From NCBI GenBank assembly GCA_951406725.2, contig OX597833.1:29636001-29700000 (forward strand): DNA of 64,000 nt. Direction: 5' to 3'. The notes under the pieces were generated by a model, which was not told the DNA's origin, searched no databases, and saw only the letters and a list, made by a program, of their open reading frames with translations. A program made the position numbers and the translations under genes. How positions within the stretch are numbered: the stretch's first letter is position 1; each line of letters starts with the position of its first letter. Below, piece by piece: positions 1-14,094 of this stretch. Source of the stretch: Octopus vulgaris. Taxonomy: Eukaryota.

Positions 1-201
1 CTCTTTTACTTGTTTCAGTCATTTGACTGTGGCCATGCTGGAGCACCGCCTATAGTCAAGCAAATCGACCCCGGGACTTATTCTTTGTAAGCCCAGTACT
101 CATTCTATCGGTTTCTTTTGCCGAACCGCTAAGTGACAGGGATGTAAACACACCAGCATCGGTTGTCAAGCAATGCTAGGGGGACAAACACAGACACACA
201 A

Positions 202-232
<31 letters not shown>

Positions 233-383
233 CACATATACAACAGGCTTCTTTCAGTTTCTGCCTACCAAATCCACTCACAAGGCATTGGTCGGCCCGG
301 GGCTATAGCAGAAGACACTTGCCCAAGACACTTGCCCATGTGGTTGGTTAGCAAGCTACTTACCACACAGCCACTCCTGCGCC
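1..383 (-). mobile_element. tRNA-head SINE (family A) with CR1-like 3' tail
   Basis: Minus strand reads ggagtggctgtgtggtaagtagcttgc...cttgggcaagtgtcttctgctatagc...ggcggtgctccagcatggccacagtcaaatgactgaaac; a near-identical copy lies at 46071-46440 (+) and fragments recur through the window. Confidence 0.8.
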
Positions 384-433
<50 letters not shown>

Positions 434-454
434 TACACACATGCATACATACAT

Positions 455-1680
455 ATTAGGTTGGTAAAACGTCCTGTTGCATTTTTGACGTGATTAATTA
501 GATTGCGCTTTTTCAACACTTACTGTGAAATAAGCATTCATTTTTACATTCTGATGTTTTATTTATTTCTTTGCAGATTACTTCATACCTTAGTGGTTAA
601 ATTTGTATTGATTTTTACCCTTTTATAATGAGTTTAGATCAGACCCACATCAGATACTGCATGCTGTGTGAATTCAAAGGAAGCTCTTCAGCAATGACAA
701 CAGTAAGAAATATTCATTCTGTCAATGGAAATGAAGTTTAAGTGTCCAGACATTTCAATGATGTCTTGACCAGTTTCACTCAGGAAATTTTTCTCTAACA
801 AATTCCCCTTGATGTGGACAATCAAATTCTGTCAATACTGAGCTTCTGAAAGCAGTAGTTGAAGAAAATCCAAAACGAACTACATGAGAATTAGCAAAAC
901 AATTCAAATGATACATTGATCATAAAACCTCTTCATGAACTAAGAAAAAGGTCTAAACTTGGTCAGTGGGTCCCTCATCATCTGACTACTTCTCAGCTTA
1001 ATCAAAGAATTGTTCTTTTCATTGAAGAGTAGACTTGCTACCAAACCTTTGGATGGAAGCATCATCACAAGTGATGAAAAATAGGTTCCCTATGATCATA
1101 TCTAATGAAGATAATGATTAACACTCATTGAAAAAAGAGAATCCATTCCCAAACCAGGAACTATACCTGAAAAAGTTATACTCTGTGTTTGGTGGAATGT
1201 GACAGGTGTCTACCTTGATGAGTTAAACCAAACTGAAACAGTTAATACAGAGAAGTACTGCCATGGATTGGAAGCATTGCATGAAAATATACAGGAATAG
1301 TGCCTGTCGACTGTAAAGGGATTTTGTCTTACATGATAATGCAAGAACACAGGAAAGTCACTCAGGAAAAGATTATGGCACTAAAGATGGAAGTTTGGGT
1401 GTGGCTTCCTTCCTTACCATCTATCTATCATCTATCTATCATCTTTTAAGACTAATGCAACATTATTTTGAGGGAAAATACTTTATTAATTGTAGAGAGA
1501 TCAAAAATGATGTTGAGTGTTTCTTTGCTTCAAAACTTGGGAATCAATTATTTGCCAGGTAGCTGAGGTTACCTTATCACTAATGAGGGGAAACATCTTG
1601 ATTAAATATATCAATTAAAACCAAAGAAGCATTTGCTTTCCCATCTTGAAATACAACAAGGCTATCTTTCAAACTTTATA
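455..1680 (+). mobile_element. Degenerate mariner transposon
   Basis: Left end ta-ttaggttggtaaaacg; ATG at 628 gives MSLDQTHIRYCMLCEFK; WVPHHLT at ~967; ITSDEK-like and LHDNAR-like motifs; many stops and frameshifts. Confidence 0.8.
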
Positions 1681-2192
1681 CACATGTACATACATTATAC
1701 ACACACACAGATGAATATACATACAATTTTCTTTTTTTCATGTTTCTCCCAAAAGAATATACAGATTATAAACAGAATAGAAACAATAAAAAAACAACCA
1801 CAACAGGAACAACAACATTGAAAATTATTTCTTACATTGGCAGAATGAGAAAAATTTGTGGAAAAAAAGGTGGAGCAGTTATACTGTTGATTGAACTAAC
1901 CCAGGGACCCTAGGACAAAGTACTAAAAACCAAAGAGTTCAAACATTGGAATATAATGTGAGGAAGACGAGAAAAATGTTTTGAGGTGACTCCGTTGTCT
2001 GAGAGAAATGAAATGGCAACTTGCATTGAATGATAAATGAATTGAAAATTTATCCTGCATCAATGGTAGAAATTCTACTTCTCTGTAACAAAGGATTCTA
2101 CCAAAACAAAATAAAAGACTCTGGCATAAAATTTATTCCTGTGTTTCAACTATTTGTATTGCTATTTAATGACACACAACATTGCAAAGTTC

Positions 2193-2418
2193 TTATTTCT
2201 TTATTGCCCACAAGGGGCTAAACATAGAGGGGACAAACAAGGACAGACAAAGGGATTAAGTCGATTAGATCGACCCCAGTGCGTAACTGGTACTTAATTT
2301 ATCAATCCCGAAAGGCAAAGTCAACCTCGGTGGAATTTGAACTCAGAATGTAACGGCAGATAAAATACCGCTAAGCATTTCGCCCAGCATGCTAACATTT
2401 CTGCCAGCTTGCTGCCTT
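2193..2418 (-). mobile_element. tRNA-derived SINE (family B)
   Basis: Minus strand ggcagcaagctggcagaaaatgttagc...gagttcaaattcc (B-box-like); same family as 39108-39340. Confidence 0.8.
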
Positions 2419-2549
2419 ATTGCAAATTTCTTCAAATTTAAAGCAAAGCTGGAGTTTATGGAATTTCAACTGATAATGTAAAAACAAATACTTATAGGAA
2501 TCTGCCTTGCCTTCAACAATGAGGCTAAATAGGTGGATTAAATTTATTC

Positions 2550-2910
2550 ATTGGTTTCTTTGACAATTGGCAGACACCAATAGTTACCAACATTGTTGTT
2601 TATACTTTGATTCAGGCTCAGCCCTAGCGAAGAAGGCATGTAATCAAAGCCATTCCAACTGGAACCCTCAACACAGTTTCTATGTGATGGAAACGCAAAA
2701 CTACATAATCCAAATGTGTTTTTTTCTAGAACGACACACTGATCAACCATGCAGAAGACCCTTCATACTGATGTTTATCAATACTTGACCGACTCACAAC
2801 CATATCTATGGTGTATCGTACATGATGGATGTTGTGCTGCTGACCAAGACTTTCTGGCACTAACACAATTTTATCTGGCTTTGCCTTGACCTTAATTGTC
2901 AAGGTACTAC
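2550..2910 (-). mobile_element. Old Tx1/L1-like RT fragment
   Basis: Minus-strand QHNIHHVRYTIDMV resembles QDNLHLICYTLDRV in the Tx1 ORF2 of this window. Confidence 0.4.
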
Positions 2911-3379
2911 TGAGAAATGGAATATCAAATAGTTAGTCCTTCATCAAAAGAAAAAGACAAACATAGGGAAAGAGAGGGAGGGAGAGAGAGAGAGAGATAG
3001 TGTGTGTGATGCAGAAAAAATTATAATTAATTAAAAATGTAAAACAAAAAAGTTGTGGAAGGGAAAAGATGTAATTTGAAGAAAAGTATTGAAAAACCAG
3101 GGGAGCTGCCATTTATTTAGGGGAGTTAGGAAGGGAGAAGAGGCAAGTGGATAGATGCATGCAACAAAGTATTTGTGTGTACAGAAAGGGGGAATTGTGT
3201 AGGCATGTGTGTTGATAGAGTGTATGAATGTATACGGACATGTGTAAATGTGTAGGTTTTGTGGTGTTGGTTAGTGGTAAGTGGGTGAATGTCAGTATGT
3301 GTGAGAATGCATGTACGTAAAGCAATGTGCATGTGTGTGTGTGAGTGTCTATGAGACTAAAGGGATTGAGAGTGAAGGG

Positions 3380-3680
3380 ACATAGTTAAGTAGTTAGGGT
3401 ATTCAGCTTATTATCATAAGGTCATGAGTTCTATTCATGGTGGTACGTCGTGTCCTTGAACAAGATACTTTATTTCACATTACTCCAGTCCACTCAGGTG
3501 GCAAAAGTGAGGGCCAGCTTTGTCACATTCTGTATCAAACTGAATCTCCCTGAAAACTATTTTAAGGGTATATGTGTCTGTGGAGTACTCATGCCACTTG
3601 TACACCACTTTCGTAAACAAGTTGCTCTGTTGATTGGATCAACTGGAAACATTGTCATAAGTAACAGAGTGCCAGTTAAA
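3380..3680 (+). mobile_element. tRNA-derived SINE (family C)
   Basis: Degenerate tRNA-like head, then gtgtccttgaacaagatactttatttcacatt; related copy on the minus strand at ~32630-32900. Confidence 0.6.
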
Positions 3681-4051
3681 GGGATTGAGGTACAGCACCT
3701 GTTATGGAGTTATTTGTGTACATGCATGGGTTTAAAGAAAAGCAAGTAGGAATTGGAAAAATAAGTCTTTCAAGTGTGTAACTGTGAAGTAAAGAAATGG
3801 AAAAATTTTCAGAAGCTGGAAATGAGATAAAAATCCTAAAAAGATGCTTCATATTCAAAAATTCTAAAGATTCGACAATGAGAATAAAAGTCCACGAAAA
3901 TGGTAAAAGTTCAAGAAAATGGACAGAAGTTCAAGAAGAAGGTGAAACAGCATAGATGTAAGAACATAGCAAAGTGGTTCACACTTGCTACTGAGATAAT
4001 AGATGGAAGAAGGGGAAGAAAAAAAACCAAAGTGGTAATTTTTTAGAAACA

Positions 4052-4160
4052 AGGCATAGGTGTGGCTATGTGACAAGAAGCTTGCTTCCTAACCACATGG
4101 TTCCAGGTTCAGTCTTACTGCATGCATCTTGGGCAAGTGTCTTCTACTATGGCCTCAGTA
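4052..4160 (+). mobile_element. SINE family A 5' fragment
   Basis: gtgtggctatgtgacaagaagcttgcttcctaaccacatggttccaggttcagtc...ttgggcaagtgtcttctactat. Confidence 0.7.
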
Positions 4161-5677
4161 GGGGTGGGGGAACAGGATCGGTAAACAAATGGTAGGAATT
4201 TAAACTTAAAGGTGTATAAGGTTTTAGAAAGAAGCTGAGGTCTTGTTCCTTCAGTGTTAGAATTCAAGCTAATGACAGAGAAATGTTGGATGGAGTGGTT
4301 GGTGAAGTAGAAATGTTATGTGACATACATACGTATATATATTATGTTCTGTTATTGGTGAAATCAACAAGACAAAAAATGTACTGAATTCAGTACTACC
4401 AACTTCTAGCTCTGAAATTTTTGTTAAATATAAGCATCTGGACAAGTTTCTATTACTGAACTGGAAAACACCTATCTCTCCTGATTAAGCATACAGTCTC
4501 ACAGATTCTAGCCTTTTCCCACTAAATTAAGTACACCAACCGTATCAATTCTGTCCAATGGGACTCAACCATATTTCCTTTTTTCTTTTTTCTCATTTTA
4601 CTTTTTCGTTTACTTTTTTCTTATCAGTCTTTTACACTTTTTCTGAAAGAGCAGCTATGTTGTGTTTTGAGCCTGAACAACTGCCTAGAAATATACACAT
4701 GCTATACAAGTTTGTCTGACCATTGTATCTTCACTGGAATGAAACTAATTGTAGTTCACATTTGAATCCTCAGTGTGTATGTGTTTACATTTAATGCACA
4801 ATATCTGGATTTAATTAATCTGGTAACACTCACAAGAAAGCTCCTTTAAATGCACAACCCTATAATAGTGGTAATGGATGATGAAGATTCTGTGTATCAG
4901 AAGTATTCCATATTAATAAAATTAATAAAACTAAATCAGTTAATCAACACGATGAACTAATTAAAAGACACCAACATTTTAAATACAAATCTTTTCAACT
5001 CTATAAACATACGTAACATTATATTTATCATTATATTATAACCGTCCAACCCATGCTAGCATGGAAAGCGGACGTTAAACGATGATGATGATGATTATGA
5101 CTATACTTAATAAATTATAACCCAGTTTTAATACTCAGAAAATATTTAATATATTTTAATAAGCATATCATTATAACTTAATGAAAATCTTCCATGCCTC
5201 AACCCACTACTACTTAACTTTACTAATTTAATAATTATATTTTAATTTAAGCACTACTATTTTTCAAAAACTTCCTAGTTTTCAAATAAAATTCTTATAT
5301 TTGCTGAAGATTATACCCACAGTCTATAATACACTAAATATTTTTTCCATATCAATAAATTTACTATCCTATATTCATAGCACCACTCTCTATATATATA
5401 CCACCTTAACTTTGAAAGGTTTTCTGCTTATACCTTGGTATTTACACCTTAAGAATATATATTAATAACTATCTTTAATATAGTTGGCAAATTTAATATA
5501 GTAAAAAATATCTCTAACATATGAAGGTAAACAAATTACAGAATATGGGTATGCCTGGCAAAACCGTGATGTTTAAACTATATGTGGATTGATCAAAACC
5601 ATATTCTAAAAATTCAGCTTGTTGGAGTATTCTAAGAGGTACTACAGCTGTCAAGAACTCAGCTGTTTGTTAAACAC

Positions 5678-5723
5678 GTTTGAAATCTGATGATTACTCT
5701 ATGTATGAAAGCACTAATTTAAC
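5678..5723 (+). ncRNA. Minimal type I hammerhead ribozyme, probably from an old PLE end
   Basis: aaat-CTGATGA-ttac tctat gtat-GAAA-gcac-TA-attt; stem I aaat/attt; CUA triplet. Confidence 0.5.
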
Positions 5724-5850
5724 TTTGTGAGCATTACAAAATATGCTTTTTAATGTTAAAAATGCCATAATAAAAAACATGAAAACCCAACTATATTTTA
5801 ACTTTATTCAACTGATATATTATTCTATACACATTCACACAAGTTTGAAG

Positions 5851-5889
<39 letters not shown>

Positions 5890-6033
5890 AGTGGACAAAT
5901 GAATTATCTTATTACGGATAATTCGAAAGATAACCGATACCTGAGTAGCAAAATTCACAACAGAAAGGGCACGGTTGAAGTTACGACCATAGGGCATAAA
6001 ATCCGTGCCTTAGTGCGGAAATTTGAAGTTTTA

Positions 6034-6820
6034 TATATTAAGTATAGGAAAGAATGGAGCTGAACGAAGATTTAACAAAATTCCTTTATTTTATTTTCGA
6101 CATATGTTTCGAAGTCTGCAAAGTCCCTAATTCCGATTGAATAAGGAGTCCATTATGCAGCTTTCTTTTCAGGAAAATCCAGGAACTTAATTCTCCAACA
6201 AAATGCACAACAAGCTTTTCGACAACTGCTCACGAGGAGCCCATGAAATTAATGATAAAAATGTCTATTTATATGGGTTGACACCAGATTGGATGAAAGC
6301 AGAAGAGATTGTCCGTTGAGATAGTTCAAGGTCAGAATCAAGGTAGTAGAAGGAAGGTATAGGAAAATTAAAGAGTGTGAATGTATTCTGTATGACTGGT
6401 GTTTATATTTGATTTATTTTATGAATGAGTGCTAGAATGTATGAATGTGAAAAATTGCCTTAATGTATGTGTGTGTGAGTCTTTGAATGCGTGAAAGTGT
6501 GTTTTGAAGGCAGAGAGAGAGAGATAGCAAGAATTAACGGTCAAGAAACTGAAAAGACTGTGTCTGTGTGTTCGAATATGACAACTTAATAGGGAGAGGG
6601 CGTCCCCAATAGCAATGACAAGATACAATGTTGCTGTTGGGATTGGTAGTAGTTCTTGACAACTATGAGAAAGTCTTTTATACTAACAGGGATGAGATAT
6701 CACCTTTCAAATTTTATTAGGAAATCCAGAGGTTATCTATATTAGACTGCGCAATCGAGTTTACTAGTCGGAATTTTGTTAAATCTTCGTTCAGCTCCAT
6801 TTTTTCCTATACTTAATATA
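6034..6820 (-). mobile_element. Penelope-like fold-back remnant with ~50-bp inverted ends
   Basis: 6034-6084 (tatattaagtataggaaagaatggagctgaacgaagatttaacaaaattcc) is inverted at 6770-6820; contains an HHR; flanked by TA runs. Confidence 0.6.
6093..6178 (-). ncRNA. Type I hammerhead ribozyme with C3-A8 core mismatch and long stem II
   Basis: attttc-CTGAAAA-g...aagctgca...tgcagactt-c-GAAA-catatg-TC-gaaaat; 6-bp stem I; palindromic stem III (acatatgt). Confidence 0.65.
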
Positions 6821-7680
6821 TATATATATATATACACATACATATATATATTAATGACATTTAGGGACACCATATTTTGTTATGCAACCATGATGTACTA
6901 CAAAATATATTAAAAGTTTTTATAAGTCAGTACTGTGTTCTACTGTGTTAGCAGTGCTGTTACATCACTTGCTAAGGTTATTTCTGCAGATTTTCTTTTT
7001 AAACTATAGCCACCATTGATTTTGTTATGACGTTTCATATCTGAGATGCCTGAAATAAACAACAGCAATGAAATCAAAGAAGAAAAATGAGTATATGACA
7101 TATTTCAGAAGATTTTGCTCTTTCATCAGCACCCATCCAACCCATTAATTATCCATTAACTCATTGTTCAAATAGCTACTAAATATAGTGATGTAACAAA
7201 ATATCTGCAAATCTTTCTCTAGTTTCACTTTCTTTTTCTCTCAAGTATTTTTACTTCTAGATTATTAACAATAAATATATGATTTTCACTCTATATCATA
7301 CTATATATACCTTTCTCTTCAACCACCATAATCCACTGTTTACTTTTTAATATATTACTAAATCTCCCTCCTATCTCCTATAGTAAACCATTTTATTAAT
7401 TTTATTACTTACTGTCTTCCATATATCAATACTTTAAAAGTTGACTCTCTCTGTATGTATTGTGTTGATGAATGAATGTAAGCATGAAATTCTTCGACCT
7501 GATGAGCAAATCTTTTTACCAATATTAATTTATAAGGCATGTAAAGTAATTTATTATTTATTATACATTTAAATATTTTGTTTTTCTATGATAAAGGCTG
7601 CCAAATAATCGTCGTTATATGGCTATCAACCCCTCTTTCTTTATATCTTGTGTGTGTGTGTGTGTCTGTGTGTGTGTGTA

Positions 7681-8970
7681 TTGAGTTGATAAAAATAGCT
7701 TGTAGTGTTTTTCAATTGATGATATTTAATCACATGATCTTTTTTATCATGTGACAGGAACATATGCCATATACATATTTTCTGAAAGAGGAGATCCCGA
7801 TGCATTTTTTTATTTGAATTTTGTGTGGATTATTTACAATTTACTGTTCTTACAATGAAATTGAAAATGAAGGAAAATGAAATGCATTTTCGTCATTTAA
7901 TGCTCTTTTACTTTGAGAAAGGTAAAAACACTGCACAAACAGCAAAGAAGGTATGTATTGTTTATGGAGATGGTGTTATAGCTGAAAATACCCATTTGTA
8001 AATGGTTCACTAGGTTTAGAACCAAAAATTTTGATCTAGAAGACTGTGAATGTTCCAGCAGGCCTACAGTTGTTGACAATGAACAAATCAAGACTTTGAT
8101 AAAAAAAATAATCCATGTCACACAATGTGAGACATCACTGAGATTTTACATGTATCTCATGTGAGCATTATAAAGCATTTAAAAATACTTGGTTACGTGG
8201 ATCGCTATGATGTTTGGGGGCCTCATAACTTAATGGAAAAAAATTAACAGAGCGCATTTCCATCTGCAAGTTTCTGCTCAGATGGAGTGAAAAACTATCC
8301 ATTTTTGAAAAAAATGATCATGTGTAATGAGAAATGGATTATTTACAACAATATAAAACAAAAAAGGTCCTGGGGAAAATGAGATGAACCACCTTCAATC
8401 TCTCCAAAAGCTGGTTTGTATCCGAAGAATGTGATGCTCTGTATGTGGTGGGATTGGAAGGGCATTGTGTATTATGAGCTACTTCCAAAAAATCAAACGT
8501 TAAATTCAGACTATTACTGAATTAGACCAATTAAAAGAAGCAGTTATTGAAAACTGTCACAAATTAGCCAACAGAAAGAGTGTCATCTTCCATCAGGACA
8601 ACACTAGACTGCATGTTTCTTTGCAGACCAGGCAGAAATTGGTGCAGCTTGGATGGGATGTCCTACTCCACCCACCATACTCACCTGATCATGCACCTTT
8701 GGATTATCATTTATTCCGATCCTTCCAAATTCTCTTAATGGGAAGAACTTCAATTCTTTAAAAAAGTGTAAAAACTACTTAGACCAGATCATGACCCAAA
8801 AGATGTCAAGTTCTGGGAGGATGAGATCATGAAGCTGCCTCAAAGATGGTGAAAGGTAATGGAACAAAATGGGAAATATGTGGTTGAGTAAAGGTATGCA
8901 CAACTATCTAAATATTGTTAATGAATTTTACTTAAAAAATGCTACAAACAAGTGTTGTGATGACAGATAT
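7681..8970 (+). mobile_element. Degenerate mariner transposon
   Basis: MKENEMHFRHL at 7868; WWDWKGIVYYELLP; QDNTRLH; PPYSPDHAPLDYHLFR; degraded TIRs. Confidence 0.9.
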
Positions 8971-9129
8971 TTTCATTTGTGATATGTGAAGCAAGTGTTA
9001 CGGGAGGGGGGGGGAGGGGGTTCTGGCTATACTCATTATATTGCAGATAATCACAACTTTGATGATGATGGTGGTGGTGGTGGTGGTTGTCTTCAGCATA
9101 ATACACACATATGTACAAATAAAACAGTG

Positions 9130-10330
9130 GCCCATAATGTGTTTGCAGTACAGTACTCATTGCAATGTGTGGGCTACTTAACTGGACACTCGATAAGATC
9201 TGAGTTATTGATGTCAAAATCTGGAAGATACAGACCAGCACAGATAATTTTCACATTAAACTGATGTAGACCATTCTTACTTAAAATGGAAGCAACGAGG
9301 CAGAGGCTTTATATTGATTCAAACAGGATTTGAATGTCACATCATATCCCTTTGGCAATATCTTTTAACCACCAAAAGTGCATCTCTTGACCAAATGCAT
9401 AGATGAGACAAATAACATCAGGAAACTTGGAAAGCAGCTCCTTGAACAACATTACTTTGTCTGATAACATGGAATACATGCTCAATGAAGTTGCATGACT
9501 CTACTTCAACATATCATCAGATGAAAGGATGTCTGCAAATCAGCAAAAGACCTAGCATGGATATATTAATAGAAAGCTCCAGGATGACAACAGCATTTAT
9601 AATCAAAGCAGTCTATTGTGGACTAACAACTGGATGACTAATTCTGATCGAATATGTATATATTTTCAATCCAGGATCAGGGAATAGCAACCAAATTCCT
9701 AATACACACAAGGGACAAGGACACAAGGAAAATAACAAAATGTGATAACCAATGCAGACTTTATGAAGTCAGCACCAAAGATATCATCCACATTATATGC
9801 AGTTGTTCTAAAATGTTATTGTGTTATCTACCAATGAGACACATTATAGTAGCCAAGACACTATACAATGAAATCCATCACAAGGATAATCTTGAGGCCA
9901 GTGAGATAAGAACCCATAGCATGGAGAGACCATAGCCACTCGTATGAAAAAGTACTGGTGGAATATTATAACGAAAACTTCAATAAAATGCAAACATAAT
10001 ATATCAGACATAGTGATTTGAGAGAGAGAAGAAAAACCATGCACAGTAGGTCTAATCAGTTGCCCAGCAGATGTCAACATAAAGCTACAGAGCAATAAAA
10101 AAGAAAACACCTACACTTGGCTATTGAGAAATTTACAGCTACTCCATTTGGATTACAAGTTCAGATTGTATCCATAATTATTGGGGCCTTGGGATGTGTA
10201 ACAAACTGCCTCAGCACGAATTTTGAGAAATTAGGGTTTTCAAGACCAGACAAAAGAAAGCTAATTAGATTACAATTACAGGTTATCAAAGGATCTGTCA
10301 AAATATGAAAAACTTTTTAAAAGTTTAGTA
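9130..10330 (+). mobile_element. Degenerate RLE-type (R4/NeSL group) non-LTR retrotransposon, 3' part
   Basis: CRLYEVSTKDIIHIICSC (CCHC remnant), KYWWN, IVSIIIGALG; parallels the ORF at 51397-52497. Confidence 0.7.
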
Positions 10331-11099
10331 TTTAGCACATATGCACGTGTCCAAACATACAACTATAAGTATGAGTATACTTATAAAACAGAACACAAAT
10401 CTGCATATGTACTGATTCCAAATAGTCATAGATATACATACATGCACAACAACCTGGTTGATGCTAATGAAGGAGCCTTAGATCTAGGTTAGAAACTGAT
10501 TCTTTCTCCATTGGTAAGAAATCAAGAACCAAACCTAATAATTCACACACACACACAAAGAGACTTTATCAGGCCCTTCTTGGGGAGAGGGTTCACATCC
10601 ACAATATATTTACTAGTATCTTTCAACTCAAGGTATGCAGTTCTGTTGTCCTTGAATTCTTTAACACTAGTAGCAGTCAGATTCCTCCACAGCTCCCTGA
10701 TGCAAGATCTCTCAGATGTTAGTATGATATGACCAGCCCAAAGCATCTGGTTCAAAATTATCCTTTCCTCAACACTGGTGCTGCTGGGTGTCTCAAGTAA
10801 ACATGGACACCCAAGAGGTGTTTAGCTTTTGGATGTATCCACATACATACGTACACACACTCACACACTTGTATCCATCCATCCGTCCGTCCATCCGTCT
10901 GTCCATCCATCCATCCATCCATCCACCCAAACATATTGGCTGTCAATTCAGCATCATTTTCACTCACTCCCTTTCTCTTTCCTTTTAAGATGTAGTGCCT
11001 CCCTGTCATGAACCCTATGATGATGAAAACATATATGTACTTGTATGGCAGCACCAAGATTCCAACATCCAAATGTGGAAACTACAATAGTGGTGGTAC

Positions 11100-11928
11100 T
11101 TCATGCTGATAGATACACGTGGATACACTGACTGCAGCCACAAAATGTCCACAGTCTGTTTTTGGTGCCAAGAAATTTAAGTCTTGACTTGTACTGGAAA
11201 GAGAAAAAGATGGGGAAACAAATATATGTGCGGATCAAATGTAACAAATACTTGTATGATACAAGTGCTCCTCTCTAAGTATGTGAAGTTGTTAAACAAG
11301 CATCAAATAAGAGAAAAAATAATCAAGATCAACAACTACAAACAGTAGGTTTAAAGTAAGAGTACATGTATGTATTTTAGGAGTGGGGAGTAATAAAGTT
11401 CTTGTTATGCCACCTGACATTTTCCCACAGGATCTTAGAATTAATGCTGCTAGATATGTTGAAGTGCTGTAGACAGCTATTAAGCCCATGAAGTATGCAT
11501 GTGGGAGGCTACATGTGTTTCAACAACTCATTACCATCTCACAAAGCCCATGTAGCTCAAGAATGGATGTCAAGCAATCTTTACAATTATGTAACACTAA
11601 ACTTGTGACTCCCATAGTCTCCAGATTTAAATCTCATAGAATTCTATATTTGGAGTATTGTTGGAAGGAAGACTAATCAACATCCCTATAGTCTCAGGAT
11701 TTCACTGAAGACCATCATAAGGGCTATTTAGTGCAAGTATGTCACTAATTCTGGCCTGCATTGAAAGAGTAATCACAGCTGAAGTTGGATTCATAGAATA
11801 ATTTCATAGGAAAGCTTTTCAAGAATATATGCCTATATATTTTCTATTAAAAAGCATTTAATTTTTGAAAGGTCAGAGTTGTTTTGTTAAATTTCCAAAT
11901 ATGTTTCATATACCTCATGCACCTTGTA
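11100..11928 (+). mobile_element. Degenerate Tc1/maT-like transposon
   Basis: FPQDLRINAARYVEVL, FQQ and SPDLNLI remnants; ends caccttgta. Confidence 0.55.
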
Positions 11929-11981
11929 CATGCATACATACCCATATACATTCATACATACCCATATACATTCATACATAC

Positions 11982-13219
11982 CTTTGCAAAAGTCCTGTTA
12001 CACTCGTTACAATGCTCTCAACAAATGACACAATGATAGTTTTGATGCAGTTAGACATGTTTTTATTGTTTAACATATAAATTTGTGTTTAAATATTACT
12101 ATTGATCAATATGGCCACATTTGATGGCATACACATGCTCCTGGTGAGACCTCAAGGCCATGTACATGTTGTGGACAAAGTCCTTCCTCATGCTGGCCCA
12201 CATGCAGTTGACAGAGGACTTCAGCTCATCGGCGTTGCTCTGGTGGACCTTGAAGGCCATACCTTGACATGTGCCCACACGGTGTAGTTGAGGGGATTGA
12301 GGTTGGGTGACTGTGGCGGCCAAAAGTCCTTTGACTAGAATTTCACGTTTTACCCCAACCACTCTTGCATGGCCTTGACTGAGCGGGCTGAGGTACTGTC
12401 CTGCTGAAAGACACAGTCTGCCTTCTTCATGATCTTTCTCACCCAGGGCAGGACTTTTGGGGCCAACATGTCCCTGTAGTCAGCCACAGTGAGCCTGTAA
12501 CTGGTTGTGAACCACATCGTTGGCATCTTCTCACTATTCGAAGCCACAACGTCAAGCATCATCATGAGGGCCAGGCACTTATTTTTGAGTACATCCTGGC
12601 CGAAGCTGACCACACGGTCATTCTGCATGTTGATGACTGGATTGATCAGGAAAGATTTGTATCAGAAAAAATGAGAATTCAGTTGCCATGACACTTCAAA
12701 TCATTGAGAAAGCGTTGACAGTGCTCCCAACGTTGTTCTTGCATATGGTCGATGAGCAGAGACTTTTTCATGCATCTCAAGCTCTTGCCACTCTCCTCCT
12801 TGACGGTCCTGGACACTGTGGCCACTGAGATGATGTTCTTTGCAAGTGCAGACATTTTGAATTTCAGATCACTTTCAAAAGCCTTTCTCACAGCCAAACA
12901 GCTGACAACTTGAGGGCTGCCTGATCGAGGTCAATCATTAAGGCCTTCCCTGGTTGAGCCTGTCCATGACTCTGTGGACAGTCATTCAGCAGACATTGAG
13001 CTACTTGATGATGTCAGACTTGTTGTGACCTGCACGCAGGAGAGCAGATTTCCTGATTCTTTTCGCTTCCATCCCACTACCCCTGCACACAATGGAAAAG
13101 ATGTTTTAATGATATGTGTTGGGAAAGTTGAACTTTAAGTATATTTGATGGCACTTTTTCTATTACATACATTAACCTCTTGAAAGATCAAAACTGAGTG
13201 TAACTGGACTTTTGCAAAG
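11982..13219 (-). mobile_element. Tc1/mariner (maT/DD37D-like) transposon with 24-bp TIRs
   Basis: ctttgcaaaagtcctgttacactc (11982-12005) vs gagtgtaactggacttttgcaaag (13196-13219), 1 mismatch; FQQDSTSAR, WPPQSPNLNPLNY; broken ORF. Confidence 0.85.
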
Positions 13220-13302
13220 CCCAGAATATATATGCATGCATACACATAGCAACTGTTCTCTGACTTATTGCAATATTATATCAAGCCTCATTTCTAAATA
13301 TT

Positions 13303-13340
<38 letters not shown>

Positions 13341-13369
13341 CACACACAACACACACACACACACACACA

Positions 13370-13510
13370 CGACAGGCTTCTTTCAGTTTCCATCTACCAA
13401 ATCCACTCTCAAGCTATAGTAGAAGACACTTGCACAAGGTGCCATGCAGTGGAACTGAACCTGCAACCATGTGGTTGAGAAGTAAGCTTCTTACCACACA
13501 GCCATGCATG
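13370..13510 (-). mobile_element. SINE family A 5' fragment
   Basis: gacaggcttctttcagtttcc...agaagacacttgc...ttaccacacagcc. Confidence 0.75.
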
Positions 13511-13525
13511 CATATATATATATAT

Positions 13526-13925
13526 ATTATAATATCAAGGGCTATTACTGTGTGTAAACAATAATGATTTCATGGTCACCATATATTACCATGTTCTCCA
13601 ATCATCAGTACGAACATAACCAGGAAAAATATATATATAAACATCTGTACATACCGAACAAATACAATGCATTCAATACAGTATATACAAATGTTTACAC
13701 TTATAAATCTAATTTAAAGGGATCTCTGCCTAGTTCATCTTGCCATGTGTATCTAATCAAAATAATAAGTGGTATACGACTAAACTTTTTTTTATTCAAA
13801 GAATTTCTCCCAGTTTTCATTCTCCTGATGTTGGTGCATGTGTATATTTATTGAAGGAGTTTGACTTTAGAGTCCCATTAAACCATGTGGCTTTTACGCA
13901 CAGTAATAGCCCTTAATATTATAAT
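13526..13925 (-). mobile_element. Fold-back element with 33-bp inverted ends and a degenerate HHR (13553-13612)
   Basis: attataatatcaagggctattactgtgtgtaaa vs tttacgcacagtaatagcccttaatattataat; minus strand cgta-CTGATGA-ttgg...ccat-GAAA-tcattattg-TT-tac. Confidence 0.55.
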
Positions 13926-14094
13926 GTATTTTATATATAAAGGAAAAAATTAGATACCTTGTGTTAATTTTTTTTCCTTAATTGGTTTACATGCTGGCTA
14001 CTCAATAAAATCTTATATAGATCTTATCTTTATATTTTATATCTATATATATACACATACATACATATATATATTTATCTTTAATCAAAAATAA

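Noticed and set aside
7460-7560. Hammerhead candidates ttgatga...gaaa and cctgatgag
   Set aside because: Stems I and III do not pair
10460-10510. ctaatgaagg...gaaactgatt hammerhead-like string
   Set aside because: Core G5 is mutated and there is no convincing stem I
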